Shown: piece by piece, positions 1 through 11,973 of the stretch
How the letters are laid out: each line of letters opens with the position of its first letter
Numbering within the stretch: position 1 is the stretch's first letter
Assembly: GCA_044892505.1 (NCBI GenBank)
Contig: CM097882.1
Coordinates: 66,092,001-66,156,000 of the forward strand
From: Schmidtea nova
Lineage: Eukaryota
Direction of reading: 5' to 3'
DNA length: 64,000 nucleotides
The notes under the pieces: generated by a model
Told to the model about the DNA's origin: nothing
The model's input: only the letters and a program-made list of their open reading frames with translations
Databases searched by the model: none
Made by a program: the position numbers and the translations under genes

Positions 1-530
1 TACCCGACACACCACACAGAGCACCACCTGCATCACTGCCAGCAGCAACATTCACAATTCCATCAGATACACCACTAACAATACCAGAAGCACCGCTCAC
101 CTTTTCCGACGACGAAACCCGCACAGACTACACACATATTCTAGCACAGCCGCCACAAACCACATCTCCGTCTCCATTGTCACCAAATACCACCGCCACC
201 ATAAATAAAGCAACACTAACTACACCACTTTTAAACAGAATCCCCGGAAATTTCACCACCAACGCCCAACCGTTCGAAGAATACGGTCAACCCAAACAAC
301 GCACAATAACATTTCTCGCAGATACAGACTCATCATATTCAATCCTACCCACCACCTTCACCGCAGACACACCCTGCTCATCCTCTGCCATAGACGCGAA
401 CGGTACACATATAAAGCTATCTGGTGCAAAAACAATCGAGTTTCGCCTCCCAGGTTTTTTTTACTCCGATCCTTGAATCCGTTTTTGCATTTAACCCATA
501 CGCTCCGCGTACTTCGGCGGGGGCTATTGT
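1..530 (+). mobile_element. 3' part of a decayed Gypsy-type LTR element: degenerate retropepsin, then PPT and start of the 3' LTR
   Basis: ORF 177-476 contains FLADTDSSYSILP...ANGT, matching the protease FLIDTGSVISLLP...ANGT of ORF 21132-23048. Purine tract ggcggggg (about 516-523) is followed by tgtagtg at 528. There is no RT between the protease and the PPT. Confidence 0.6.
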
Positions 531-1585
531 AGTGCCTCCGTTATTTATATATTATTAAAATATTTATATGTAGAAATTTAATTAAATATCATTATATTTA
601 TATATTAAAATCAAATATTAATTTATATATAAAATAAACTCGATTTGTTTAAATCACCAAAAATGACACTTTTCTCGAGATTCAAGAAAACCACAAGCAA
701 GAAGGAATATTCACTCAACAATTTCAAAACCGTATTAATCGATCAACAATTTCAAAAGCAAATAATCAACAAACAATTACATTGGAATTTAAATAAAATG
801 TTTAGCTATTTTATTGTCTTATTATATATTATAGTATAATAGTATTAATCAATTTTTCTAATAAATATCTATATATTGACAAATATAATAAATAAATATC
901 AATGTAAAAAGGAAACCGAATGTATGATGGTATCACTAGAATCACAGTTTGGTGCGAGACATTTTATATAATTAAAAAATGTAAATAAGATTACCCTAGG
1001 AATCTTAAAAGTAGATATATGACAATTGTTATTTTGCAGGTTAATTTCATATTTTTCATTTGTACTTTATTTTTATAAATAAATAATAAAATAATACAGA
1101 TTTTTACTCGGATTGAATTATAAAGTATATAATAATAAATAATTAAAATTAAATATGACAATTAAAACAAAGAATTATAATATTGATAAAAGACAATTAA
1201 AGTTGATGTATATGAAAATTAATATAACGTATGAGGTATAAGTATTAATTAAGTGTAGAGAACCAAATTTTAACCTCAGGGATGCTGGGAAAAGGGATGA
1301 TACTAAAAATAGTAATTACGCATTGTACTTTAGAAAATAATGGAAATTTCGCTGAGTAAACAGCACTATGGGCAAATAAAATATGTTGACAAATAAATTA
1401 ACGGGCGACACAAATTTTACTAAATATACGGACTGATTTTTCAGTCTAATCACCCTAAAAATCATTGCGACTAAATCACAGTTGTTATCGACTAGTGAAA
1501 TATATCGAAAAAATAGAGCATACAAATTTTACATCCTAGCTCAGGAAACCACAAACACTTACATAAACACGCATGCACGCACGCA

Positions 1586-1589
<4 letters not shown>

Positions 1590-1645
<56 letters not shown>
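1590..1645. repeat. (AT)n microsatellite
   Basis: Direct reading. Similar (AT)n tracts at about 3490-3516, 11303-11344, 33208-33272, 61048-61101 and 61487-61527. Confidence 0.95.
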
Positions 1646-1648
<3 letters not shown>

Positions 1649-4600
1649 AAGTCAAAGTTATATATGTTTATCTTTGAGGTAATTGTTTATTTTTATTAAA
1701 TTTGTAACGGTTATAAATAAATAAAGTCTTTGAAAAGAACCAACCTTGTTTTTATTTATAAGTTCATCAAGTTGAGATTTTTAGAACCTAAACAATAATG
1801 GTGGGTTGTTGATCGTCAATATGACCTTGACGTTTCCATGGCTCTCATCAACAACTCAACACATAAAACATTGAATTTACCATCTTGTTACCCGTCACTA
1901 TGTAACGTTGGTACTTTAACAAGTGGGTGGGTATTCGCAATCAGTGAGCGTCGTCAATACGGAACTATGATTGACCGAATATCTCCTGGGTCCAAGGGCT
2001 ACCGATAGAAGGTTTATTGCCCGTTTTGTCCCTCCTTACATGATTTAGCTTTAAGTATTCAACAAACTTTTATCGGAAATTCAACATAAACACTCTAGAT
2101 AACTATAAATTCATTATTGCATCCAAACAAATTATTCTGAGCATCAAAACACTAACATAACCCTATATTTTACCAATATTGCATTTTATGATAATTAATA
2201 CATAAAATATTTTATTTTTATAGAAAAATTTTAATCTGCATTTGAAATTTAAGAAAAATTTTAATTACTACCGTAATTTTATCGAGTTTAGAAATAATAA
2301 AAATAAAATTTCCGTTTGTTTAAAATTGCTAATTTAATCAAAAGGACAAATTTACTCAATTTAAAAATCATATTAATTTTAAATGTAATTTTCTGAATTT
2401 TTTCACTAAATTGATTAATTAACGATTTCTATAGTTCAGATCAACAAGAAATGGATCTCCCCGGAAACTACGAAGTCATAGGAAAATTCTCCCACCCAAA
2501 ATGGGTCAAAGAAACCAAAATTCTAGCTCCTACGAAGCAAAATTGCCCGCTCTGTCGACCAAGTAAAATTTTGATTATTTTAGAATTATAATTTATTTTG
2601 AACAATTTTAGAAAATTTCTTGAAGAGAATATGTTGGAACTGGCCCTTCAAGCACTGTAAACCGGAAAAATCCTTGTCGGAGACTCTTATCCCTCAAACG
2701 GGATGACCATCAATTTTTATCAATAAATTTTTATATAAATTTTTTCGTTTTTACTCTTTTTCGTTTGAGTTTTTATTATTTTTATGAAATTTTATAAATA
2801 GGAAACTGTAATGTAAATGGCCTATTTGATTGTACTATGTTTGGCTGGGTATAATTTTATATGGTATGGTTGAATGATAGGTATAAGTGAATGAAATTTT
2901 TGTATGGTTTTTCTGGATGTGTGATGCAGACTAACATAACTGTGTAGAATTTTCAGTATGGTTTGCCTGTGTGTATATAACTATTGAATGCTAATAAATG
3001 ATACTGTGTATGTGTGTATATTGTATTTTAAATGTATGTTGCTTGTGTATTAGTATGGGAAATGTTATTGAATGAAATGGATGTAAATTTTTGCAAATAG
3101 GGATGTGTTATGATTTTGAGATATCGTGGGGGTATTTATAATATACTATATATAAATTATATAAAATATTTTTAAAATTAAAATAATAATAATAATTTTA
3201 TATTAAAATAATAATAATAATTTTTATAATACTTTTTACAAATTTTAAATTTATAATTTTATGAAAATTAAATAATGATAAAATTTCTAATTTTTATAAT
3301 ACTTTTTGTAAATTTTAGATTTATAATTTTATGAAAGTAATATAATAATAAAATCTCTACTTTTTATAATATACATTTTTATAATACTTTTTATAAATTT
3401 TAAATTTATAATTTTATGAAATTAATATAATAATAAAATTTCTAATTTTTATAATATACATTTTTATATTCTAATTTTTATATTCTAAGCATATATATAT
3501 ATATATATATATATATTAGTAGTAAAAATTCTTTCTATAAAATTTCGAAATTTTGGATTTTATAAAATGATGAAATTTTCAATATAATAATAATATTCTC
3601 GATTTAAAATTTTTATGGGTTGCAATATAAGTTTTGATTTATAACTCTTAGGAATTTTATAAAAATGACAAAATCTTTTATATCATAACAATATTAGGAA
3701 AACCTTTGGTTTACTATTTTTTCATTTAAAAATTTTTGCAGTATAATAAAAAGCAAATTTTTATTCTTGATCAAAATGAAATAATAATAAATTTTTATCC
3801 ATAAATTTCGAAATCCAAATAAGCATTCAACCTAAAAAGTTTTATACCCTGAATAAAAATAAAAATCATAAATTATAAATTCTTCAAGAACATTTTTCGA
3901 TATCGAGCAAAATCAAATCAATACTTGTTTCACAATTCGTTTCATTTCGTGAGCATTATTCTAGCCTTGAGCATAATTTCGAACGATTTTCTTTTCATCA
4001 TTAGCATTCATTTTTCTTGTGTTTTTCGCATGAGATGATCGTCGTTGAGAGTGTGAAAGTGAAGGTGAGTACGAGTCGATTTTTAATCAGTAATATTTCC
4101 TATTTTAGATTTCAAGACATGAGTTGGAAATTGTTATGTTATATTACGGAATTGCTTATGTAGATAATAAAAATATGCTACTCTATTATAATAAAAATCA
4201 TTAGTATAACAAATCCTTGCTCTTGGCCATACCACGATTCCCCAGTTGGGATGACGTGATTATGGATGTATGAGCCTCACCTTAAAGTGGAAATATGGGC
4301 TGGCCGATTACCAATCAGACAACGATCCACCCAGGCTACTAACAGATCCGCACAACCAAGGCTGGACGGATCGTCAGAAGATATGGGAGAAAAAAAATTT
4401 TTTTTATTTATTTTCATAATTTTATTTAGTTTACCAATTTCAATGAGATTTTTCCTGAATTATTTTGGGAATTTGTGGCTCGTGATATGAAAAAAAAATA
4501 ATCTACTAATCATTAAAATACTTTAATAATATAAAATTTACCATAATTAATAAAATAACAAATACCATATTAAATAAAGGAGAGGAATGGAATGATCGTC

Positions 4601-4746
4601 AGGCATGATGGACGACCATTCCAATCCCCAATGAGAATAACCAAAATCAAACAAATCCTTACGTTTTTCCAATTAACCTCTGCTGCGATTTCTTTCCAAC
4701 AAAATATTATTTTCTCAGAAATTTGGAACGATTTTTCCACAAATTT

Positions 4747-4920
4747 TCTTGAAATCAACTTCGGATATTAACTTCTTGAAATCAAATTCTGATATCAACT
4801 TTTCTTCTTGAAATCAAATTCTGATATTAACTTTTTTTCTTGAAATCAAATTCTGATATTAACTGTTCTTCTTGAAATCAAATTCTGATATTAACTTTTC
4901 TTCTTGAAACCAAATTCTCA
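4747..4920. repeat. 32-bp minisatellite, about 5 copies
   Basis: Unit ttcttcttgaaatcaaattctgatattaactt; the gatat motif recurs at 4791, 4823, 4855 and 4887. Confidence 0.85.
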
Positions 4921-5626
4921 AGTTAGATTTCACAAAAAATATTTTTCGCAATTTCTCCGCAAATTAACAAGAAAAATTTTTCACAAATTCTGAATTCTAC
5001 CATTTTGATGGCGGTATATATACCATCAAATTTTCGCTATCTTCAGTAGTGCAATAAAACAAATTGTTCTAGAATTTTCTCTTAATTTTTTCTAAATTAA
5101 TTCTAACGATTTTCCGAAAATTAATTCCATATTTTTGTATAATAATTTTTTTTTAAACCATAAATAATTTATTTTAATTCGAAATCTTTATTTTTAAATC
5201 GAAATTGTTCGGTTTGGTTTAATTTATGATATTTCGATCAATATTAATTCTTTCTATTGTTAAATGTGAAATTTTGTGATAAAATCACAATTTTCTTCTA
5301 AAATTTTGTTAATTTTTCTGTACTTGAAGGTTTATGACAAAATTCTGCTTTTTATGGTCACTTTCAATGGGTTTTCCGCCTATTCTAACTTCCAAACGTT
5401 CTGCTTTTAATTTTTCTCGAGATTTCAGTAAAAAGACTTACAAATTCGCAGCTAGCGCGTACTCTACTTATGGGGTTATCGCTTTATTAAAACAAATTGT
5501 GTTTTGGCCCAACAATAATAATAATTCAAATAATCACTGGAGAAATCCGATTGTTGTGGAAATTGAGTTATTTGGAAATTTCCCACTGTTTAATAAAGCT
5601 AAAACAAAAGTTGGATGAAATTAAAA

Positions 5627-5750
5627 TGTTGAGGTCTTAGATATTTACTATCTGAAATCTCAACTTGTTTGGGGTGATATCCTATATAAATAAGAAAAAC
5701 AAGATATAAAAATTTTATTTAAATAAATAAGATTTACTTCGTACAACCAA
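5627..5750 (-). mobile_element. Diverged LTR-end fragment related to the LTR of the 13.6-kb element
   Basis: tgttgaggt...atctcaacttgtt...ggggtgat...tatataaata is co-linear with 35033-35100 and 47581-47650. Confidence 0.75.
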
Positions 5751-6087
5751 GACAAAAGTAAAATTTGGTTTATTCATTGTAATTTCAAAAAGTGTTCACA
5801 AATTTGATTCAAGTGTAAAATGTGAATGTTGGGATATACGTAGAGATTATTTATTTCTGCTCAATGGTTTTAAAAGCTTGTTAAGATGACCTTAAAAAGC
5901 TTACAGTAATAAAGCGCAAATTTTAAATCTGATTTTTTGTGCGAAAATACTAATTGTTTTACTTCTGTATTTAACATTTTTAAGGCTTAAAATTGAATAT
6001 TTATTTAGTTTCTTTTCTTTTTAAAATAATGGATTCCATTAACTAAACGAATTGATGTTGATTTAAAAGTAAAAAAGCTGCCATATT

Positions 6088-7170
6088 GTGATCTGGTAAA
6101 AATTTCTGCCATAAAAAAAATAAAAAAAATAAATATAATTTGACGAGTTAAAGTTTAATTAAATTCAAAATAGCATCAAACAAATTGTTTTGTTCCATTT
6201 CCAAATAAATTCAGATTAAAACTCCTCCCTATTATCCGTAGTAACACCCATTCTTTTTTTAATTTCACACTTTAGTAGATTGTTCAAAGACTCTACATGC
6301 TGAGTGTGAACACCAGTTTCTTTGTCAACAAAATTATACTTATGGCACAGAGACCTTTGAATAAATCCATTTTTACTCAATGCTTTATAGCTTCTAAATT
6401 CTTCAGTGTGAATAGTGCTACCCGAAACAACGTGTTCACAGATTATTGGTAACATTACTGCTGCAGATTTTTTCGAAATAACTTCTGCCCAAATGCTAGT
6501 AATTTGAGGAGAACATTCTACAATGCTTATAGCATCAATACGGTTTGTTGGACTTCGACGACGATGACTTTTGCATTTGAAGTTCATCATTGTCTCATCA
6601 ACCTGTACTATTGTTCCGGGACCACCTAACTTCCGCGAATTTGAATTTTGAATTTTCATCCTTTCGATCAACATTTTGTTGAACTTCCTAAAAGTTGATT
6701 TTGAAATATCAATTGAAGATAATATTGAATGTTGTAATTGTTTGGCACTGATCCTTATCACTAATTTTAAAAGTGTTTTAAATGATATTTTCAGTTGTTC
6801 AAAACATGATCCACACCTTATACTAATTCTTTTTGTATATAAGGAACATGTCGTCGCCGTACATCGCCAGCAATATCCATCGGTAAACGATTTACACTCT
6901 TTATATTTTAAAGATGAGCGACAAGTACCTTTGCACAACATTTCTCTCTTAAATAGTCCCTCATTTATCATGAAAGTATTTAATTCTTCTTGAGTCATTC
7001 TGATTATTTTCTCTTCGAATTCTTCAAGATGCATTAAGATATAATAAATTTTATTATTTATAAATAAATAATATATTTTAGCTGTTGAATTAATTAAATA
7101 ATTAATTATCAATAATTATAAAAAACTGGTAAGAAAACTGCCATATGGCAGCTTTTTTTTACCAGATCCA
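6088..7170 (-). mobile_element. Merlin (IS1016/ISXO2-like) DNA transposon, probably inactive
   Basis: ORF 6216-7112 has Cys clusters, GGPGTIVQVDET and HTQHVESLNN. The second Asp reads E (IHTEEF), and a premature TAA precedes SEFIW. Imperfect inverted termini gatctggtaaaaa...ctgccata. No TSD found. Confidence 0.85.
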
Positions 7171-10100
7171 GGACTTCTAATCTCATAACTAGCTGACCCT
7201 ATTCTGGTCACTCATTCATGGGACTTTGATCTAGATAATGTCTATTTCAAACCAGCTTGTCAAATTTCTCAGTCGTAACCCTTTCTCTCGTTGAAGATAC
7301 ACTATGCTTTTTTATAATAAACTATGGTATTAAGCAAATCAACACCCTCCCTTCATTAATTAATACATTTATTTAATATACTTCAACATTGTACAACAGA
7401 TCACAAGAAAATTTTGTCATGTGTAATCACGAGGTTAGAAACTAATTATGTTGAGTAGTTAGATGGAAATTTTGCCTCTTTTGTTGACGCTTTTTCGTTT
7501 GAGCGCTTATGTGTTTGCGTTTCTTGGGTTTCATTGGACTATCAGTAGCATCGATGTTCGATGGAGTTGAGGTGAGTGCTACAAATCATTTTCTAAAGTT
7601 ATCGGTTGGATCTGTCCTCATAGATCATTCTGAACAAACGTCAAAGTTAGATGACAATTCCGCATCTCTATCCGGAGCGCTTTTATTTCCAAGTTGAGAT
7701 CTTGTACGGCTTGTTGGGCGTGCGTTAACTTGTATCTTACCAGTCTTCATTTCCTGGGGTGAAAAGTAACTTTCTTTCATATGCATAATCCTTCTTTTCA
7801 ACTGTAAAATTGACATTTTCGACGTCTCACTTATTGCTCCTTCGGCGACAGTAACAGTGTTGGTTTTCGCTCGGCTGGTTTTCATTTCTGCGTTATCTAG
7901 AAATTATCAATTTATCACCGTCGCTTAACACTTAGGGGTCGCGCACACATCTTACCAACGGGCTTATTTTTTCCCCCCTGTTCGTGTGGTGTTCTCAAAA
8001 CTTATTAACCCCTTTTCTTCACACGCGGTTTCTCTTTCAACACTAGGTATGTAGTCTACTCCCCGTTTTAGCAACATTCTCGGGTTCGATCTAATTTATG
8101 CGTATTTATTATTTAGCATTTATTTACTCGTGAAATTCAATTCTAATGACTAGAATATACTTGTCTCTACTACACTGTCTCGATTTCCTTGATGAAAATC
8201 ACTCTAATATCCTAAAGAAAACTATGTTTTACCATTACACATAAATTAATGATGATAACACAAATATGAAGTTAAGAACCAACTACAAACACAAAATTAT
8301 ATTAGATTATAATCAACATCAAATGAATTCACAATGTAACACATAATTGTCGATGATAGTGCTGAATCAATTACGTAATCAATAATTCGTCCACTTGTCA
8401 GAGGATTCCATGGGACTGAGTAGGTCGGATTGCTGGGTTCGTCTGGTTGAATGACGTATCGGCCGATTTTCTCGAGCTCCTCCATCGGTATTGTGATATG
8501 CAGTACATTGATTGAAATTTAAAATTAAAAATTTGTGAAATTTTTATAAAATTTTTATTATCATTTAAGAAATTTCGATTTTGAAAAAATTAAATGAAAT
8601 TTATTGAATTGTTATTTTGATCAGTTGATTAAAAAAGTTTGTTTAAATAATAATTGAAAGTGAAGAGTATTTTAAAATAAATAAACAATTGATTTTAGTG
8701 AAATAAAAATTGGATTAAAAACTTATGTCTTTTGATTTACCGAATGATTCGACCGACAACTTCGTTGCGGCTAACAGGTATATCCCCTCTAAATCGTATT
8801 TACTTCCGTTCTGGTACTTCGCTCGGAGTCTACGAATTATTTTTGACATTCAACTGGGTAGATAAAATATACATCGATTGGCCAATTGGCGCTTCCGTGC
8901 CAGATGATCTCATTTGGGCTATCTCGGTAGAGGCTGAATTCTGGGTAAATCCAATGTTGAGTGAAATCTTGTTGGTGCTCATCAAAGATATCTTGAGCCA
9001 AATCGGCGGGGATCGCTTTTTATCGGCATCGCGATAAACAAATAACTATCAGGATTGGCGTTTTTGGTTGACTTTTTCTTTGTCCTGGTTGGTGGCTCTC
9101 CGACCCCAGTTCCATTTGAAATTTTGGTTGTGCATGAAAATATATCCATTTCTATAAGAATTTGATTTATGATAACAGATAATTTAAAACTATAAATGTC
9201 CTTTACAATTAGAATTGATATCCACAAATTTATTTCACCCTAAAGGGAAAGATCTAATTTACCCATAATTCGCCTTTATAGTATTACGCTTACAGTAAGG
9301 AGCTGCAGCTAATTCACTAACACAATAGGTTTCCGGTTAAACATTTTCCCGTTGTCTGTAAAAAAACATATACCTTAATCACCTCAATCTACCTTATTTG
9401 TTCTCGCCGCTCATATTATTGATTATCGGTAATTCGACACTACTCAAATTTTCGCCTCCCTACGCTAATGGATTTCCGCTTTAGGAGAACTGTTGCTATT
9501 TATTGCCCTTAGAGATTTATAACAGAGGGCTTCCGTTTGGGGACTTTCGCTAATTGGTTTATTATTTGGCAGATATACGGTTTCCTGTTTGTAAAATTTT
9601 GTCTAACTGATTCGACATATTGGGGATAATGGGTTTCCTGTTTGAAGTTTCATGCTGTTCATTCTTAATTACTGATTTATTTATTAGCACACCGTGGAGA
9701 AGTTTTAATTTCTAATTATTCAGTTTATAACTTGTTATCGATTTACCTATTACGGGAATGAACGATTTCGGAGAATTCATTTCGGATTGTTTTATATTTT
9801 CCTTGACTGTCTCTGAATTTTATTATACTTAAATGGAACTAAATTTTACTTCGCTTGTCGGCAATATTTGTTTGTTCTAATCAAATGAGATGTAGTTAAA
9901 ATCACTTAAGCCGATCATCTGAAATAATTTGCTTTTCGAAAAAGAACAACTGGGTATACGCATTCAGGTTATATTTTTTTTTTACAAAATGTCTGATGTG
10001 ACGACGCCCCAGGCGGTCTCGATTTCTACTAGATATGTTTACCAAATAATCTAACTTTCGCTTCGCCTACTTCCACTTCTCGAATACTATTTCAACGGAC

Positions 10101-10799
10101 TATTAAATCTAAAAATGGTTTAAGTTTAAATCCACCGATGACTTAAGCCATCTGCCCCACCTGTGAGGAACAGACGACTAGAACCACCGAAGGTCAGTGA
10201 CTAGGACGACCGTCATGACCTTACGCTTCGAGTATTTTAGCAATAACAATGAAAATAATATAAATGAATTAATAAACTATAATGAAAATGGATGAGGGAA
10301 TAATAAAACAAAAACAAAATTACTTGATTCACAAAGTTATATTTGTATTACAATTTCCAATCTTGTTCCAATACAATGTTCTTCCAGGCGATCACGAAAT
10401 ATTTGTCCAAAGTTGCAAGTTAGAGGTAAAGTCAAGTTAGTTGTAGTTTTTGTATTATAAAAACAGTTTGTTTAGTTCAAGTTAAAAAAAGTTATTGCAC
10501 TGAATTTGGCTGCTCCTTTTATTCTGTTTTGTTCAGCCAAATATTTCCTCCCCCGTAAATGGTCCAACTAATTTAATTCTTTTATCGAATTAATATGGAT
10601 GTTTTGACCAATTAATTTTTTATTTCATTTTCCATTCGTCTGGATTTATTTTTATTTTTATTTAATTAAATTTATTTCTGTTTCTCATTTCCATTCTTTG
10701 GGGGGTTATATATCATTATTTTAATTTATGTTTTATTTTTTCTTTCACGTTTCTGTTATTTCTTTATATTTGATCGTCACATATATTATTTTTCACAAA

Positions 10800-11160
10800 C
10801 AAAAATAGGATAATAGAATGATTGTTTTTTTGGAATTGCTGGGTTGATTTGAGATATAATGATTGTCTTTGTGAATTGATAGGTTGGTTAGTATATACAC
10901 GGAGATCGATTCATCTTTCTTCAGCATAGATATTGACTCTGCACGAGTTAGCTACTGTTCTATAATATTTGCTTATTATGAACGTGTCGGTTGCTTTACC
11001 CTCATCGTTCAACACTTCTCCCTGGGAGGTCAAGGTAATGTACTCATTTTCTTTATTACAGAGGACCAGATCTATTTCGGTGTTTTTTAACTTCAAAATT
11101 GACCTCTTGAATCCGCTTTTCATCGCAAGGTTTAAGGTATTGTTCTGTTCGTATCAGTGG
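10800..11160 (-). mobile_element. Relic of a relative of the 13.6-kb element: ORF2 C-terminus, PPT and 3' LTR start
   Basis: ORF 10911-11123 (GFKRSILKLK...KYYRTVANSCRVNIYAEE) is about half identical to the ORF2 C-terminus (GFKRTIMKLK...KYYRTGPNSYRINIYAES). LTR start tgttgaacgat at 11014 (minus) sits at the homologous position, preceded by ggagaag. Confidence 0.8.
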
Positions 11161-11300
11161 TTACGAATCAACACAGCTATAAAAATTTTAATATTTAATA
11201 AATTACTCGATTATCGGACTCCAAACGATAATCCTTTATAGATAAAATAATATGTGTTGCGTGTAAAGAAGAACAAATGTATAATAATATGTTTATTTCC

Positions 11301-11346
<46 letters not shown>

Positions 11347-11499
11347 TTATATTTGTTTATTTTTATATATGTTTATTTCCGTTTATTGTGGTGGCTAACT
11401 AACAGAGAAAATCCATGGCACAAAGTTTCATAGTAGTATGATGTGTCACATCTAGCGCACTTACCCCCTCCCTCTAAGATTTACGATTGAATGATTATA

Positions 11500-11700
11500 G
11501 GGTGTGTAAACTAGATTTTAGTAGGAATTCGCAGTGTGTACATTAACTTTGGCGGGAATTAGGAGTGTTAACATGAATTTTAGCGGGAATTAAGTGTGTA
11601 CACATGAACATTCGCGAAAATATATCGTGTGTGTAAACGAACATTAGTTTGACTTTAAAGTGTGTATAGTCAAATTTTGACGAAAATTTAGTGTGATTTA
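11500..11700. repeat. Imperfect 33-bp tandem sub-repeats (gtgtgtaaac-type), possibly a foldback/MULE terminal arm
   Basis: Recurrent gtgtgta(a/c)a...gggaatt units. No partner arm identified. Confidence 0.4.
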
Positions 11701-11973
11701 ACAAAGCGGTTTCTAGATAATTTTCAAAATAACTTTTATTTTCAATTACTTGACGGGTATTTTAAAAAAGGGTGTTGTAAATTTTAATATATATAATTAA
11801 AATTTGACACATTGCTTTAAGTACTTATTATTCTTATATTAACAATAGGTCAGTAAAATCTTTTGGTTAAATATTGCTAAAAAATTAGTTTTTAAATCAT
11901 TAATGAACAAACACATAAAAAATAGTTATTAACAATAATCTTGAATATTTGGATTAATAAACATAATATAAAA

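Noticed and set aside
4995-5051. cagtagtg end plus hairpin as a CACTA or Helitron terminus
   Set aside because: No matching opposite terminus, TSD or CTRR was found.
8075-8100. GTTCGA motifs as tRNA genes (also 58398)
   Set aside because: No cloverleaf or A-box; no tRNA or rRNA gene is supported in the window.
7440-10230. Possible decayed gag and LTR pieces (7625-7885 ORF; CYK...IATV knuckle-like relic at about 9510-9540)
   Set aside because: Too degraded; no reliable LTR, PBS or motif could be fixed.
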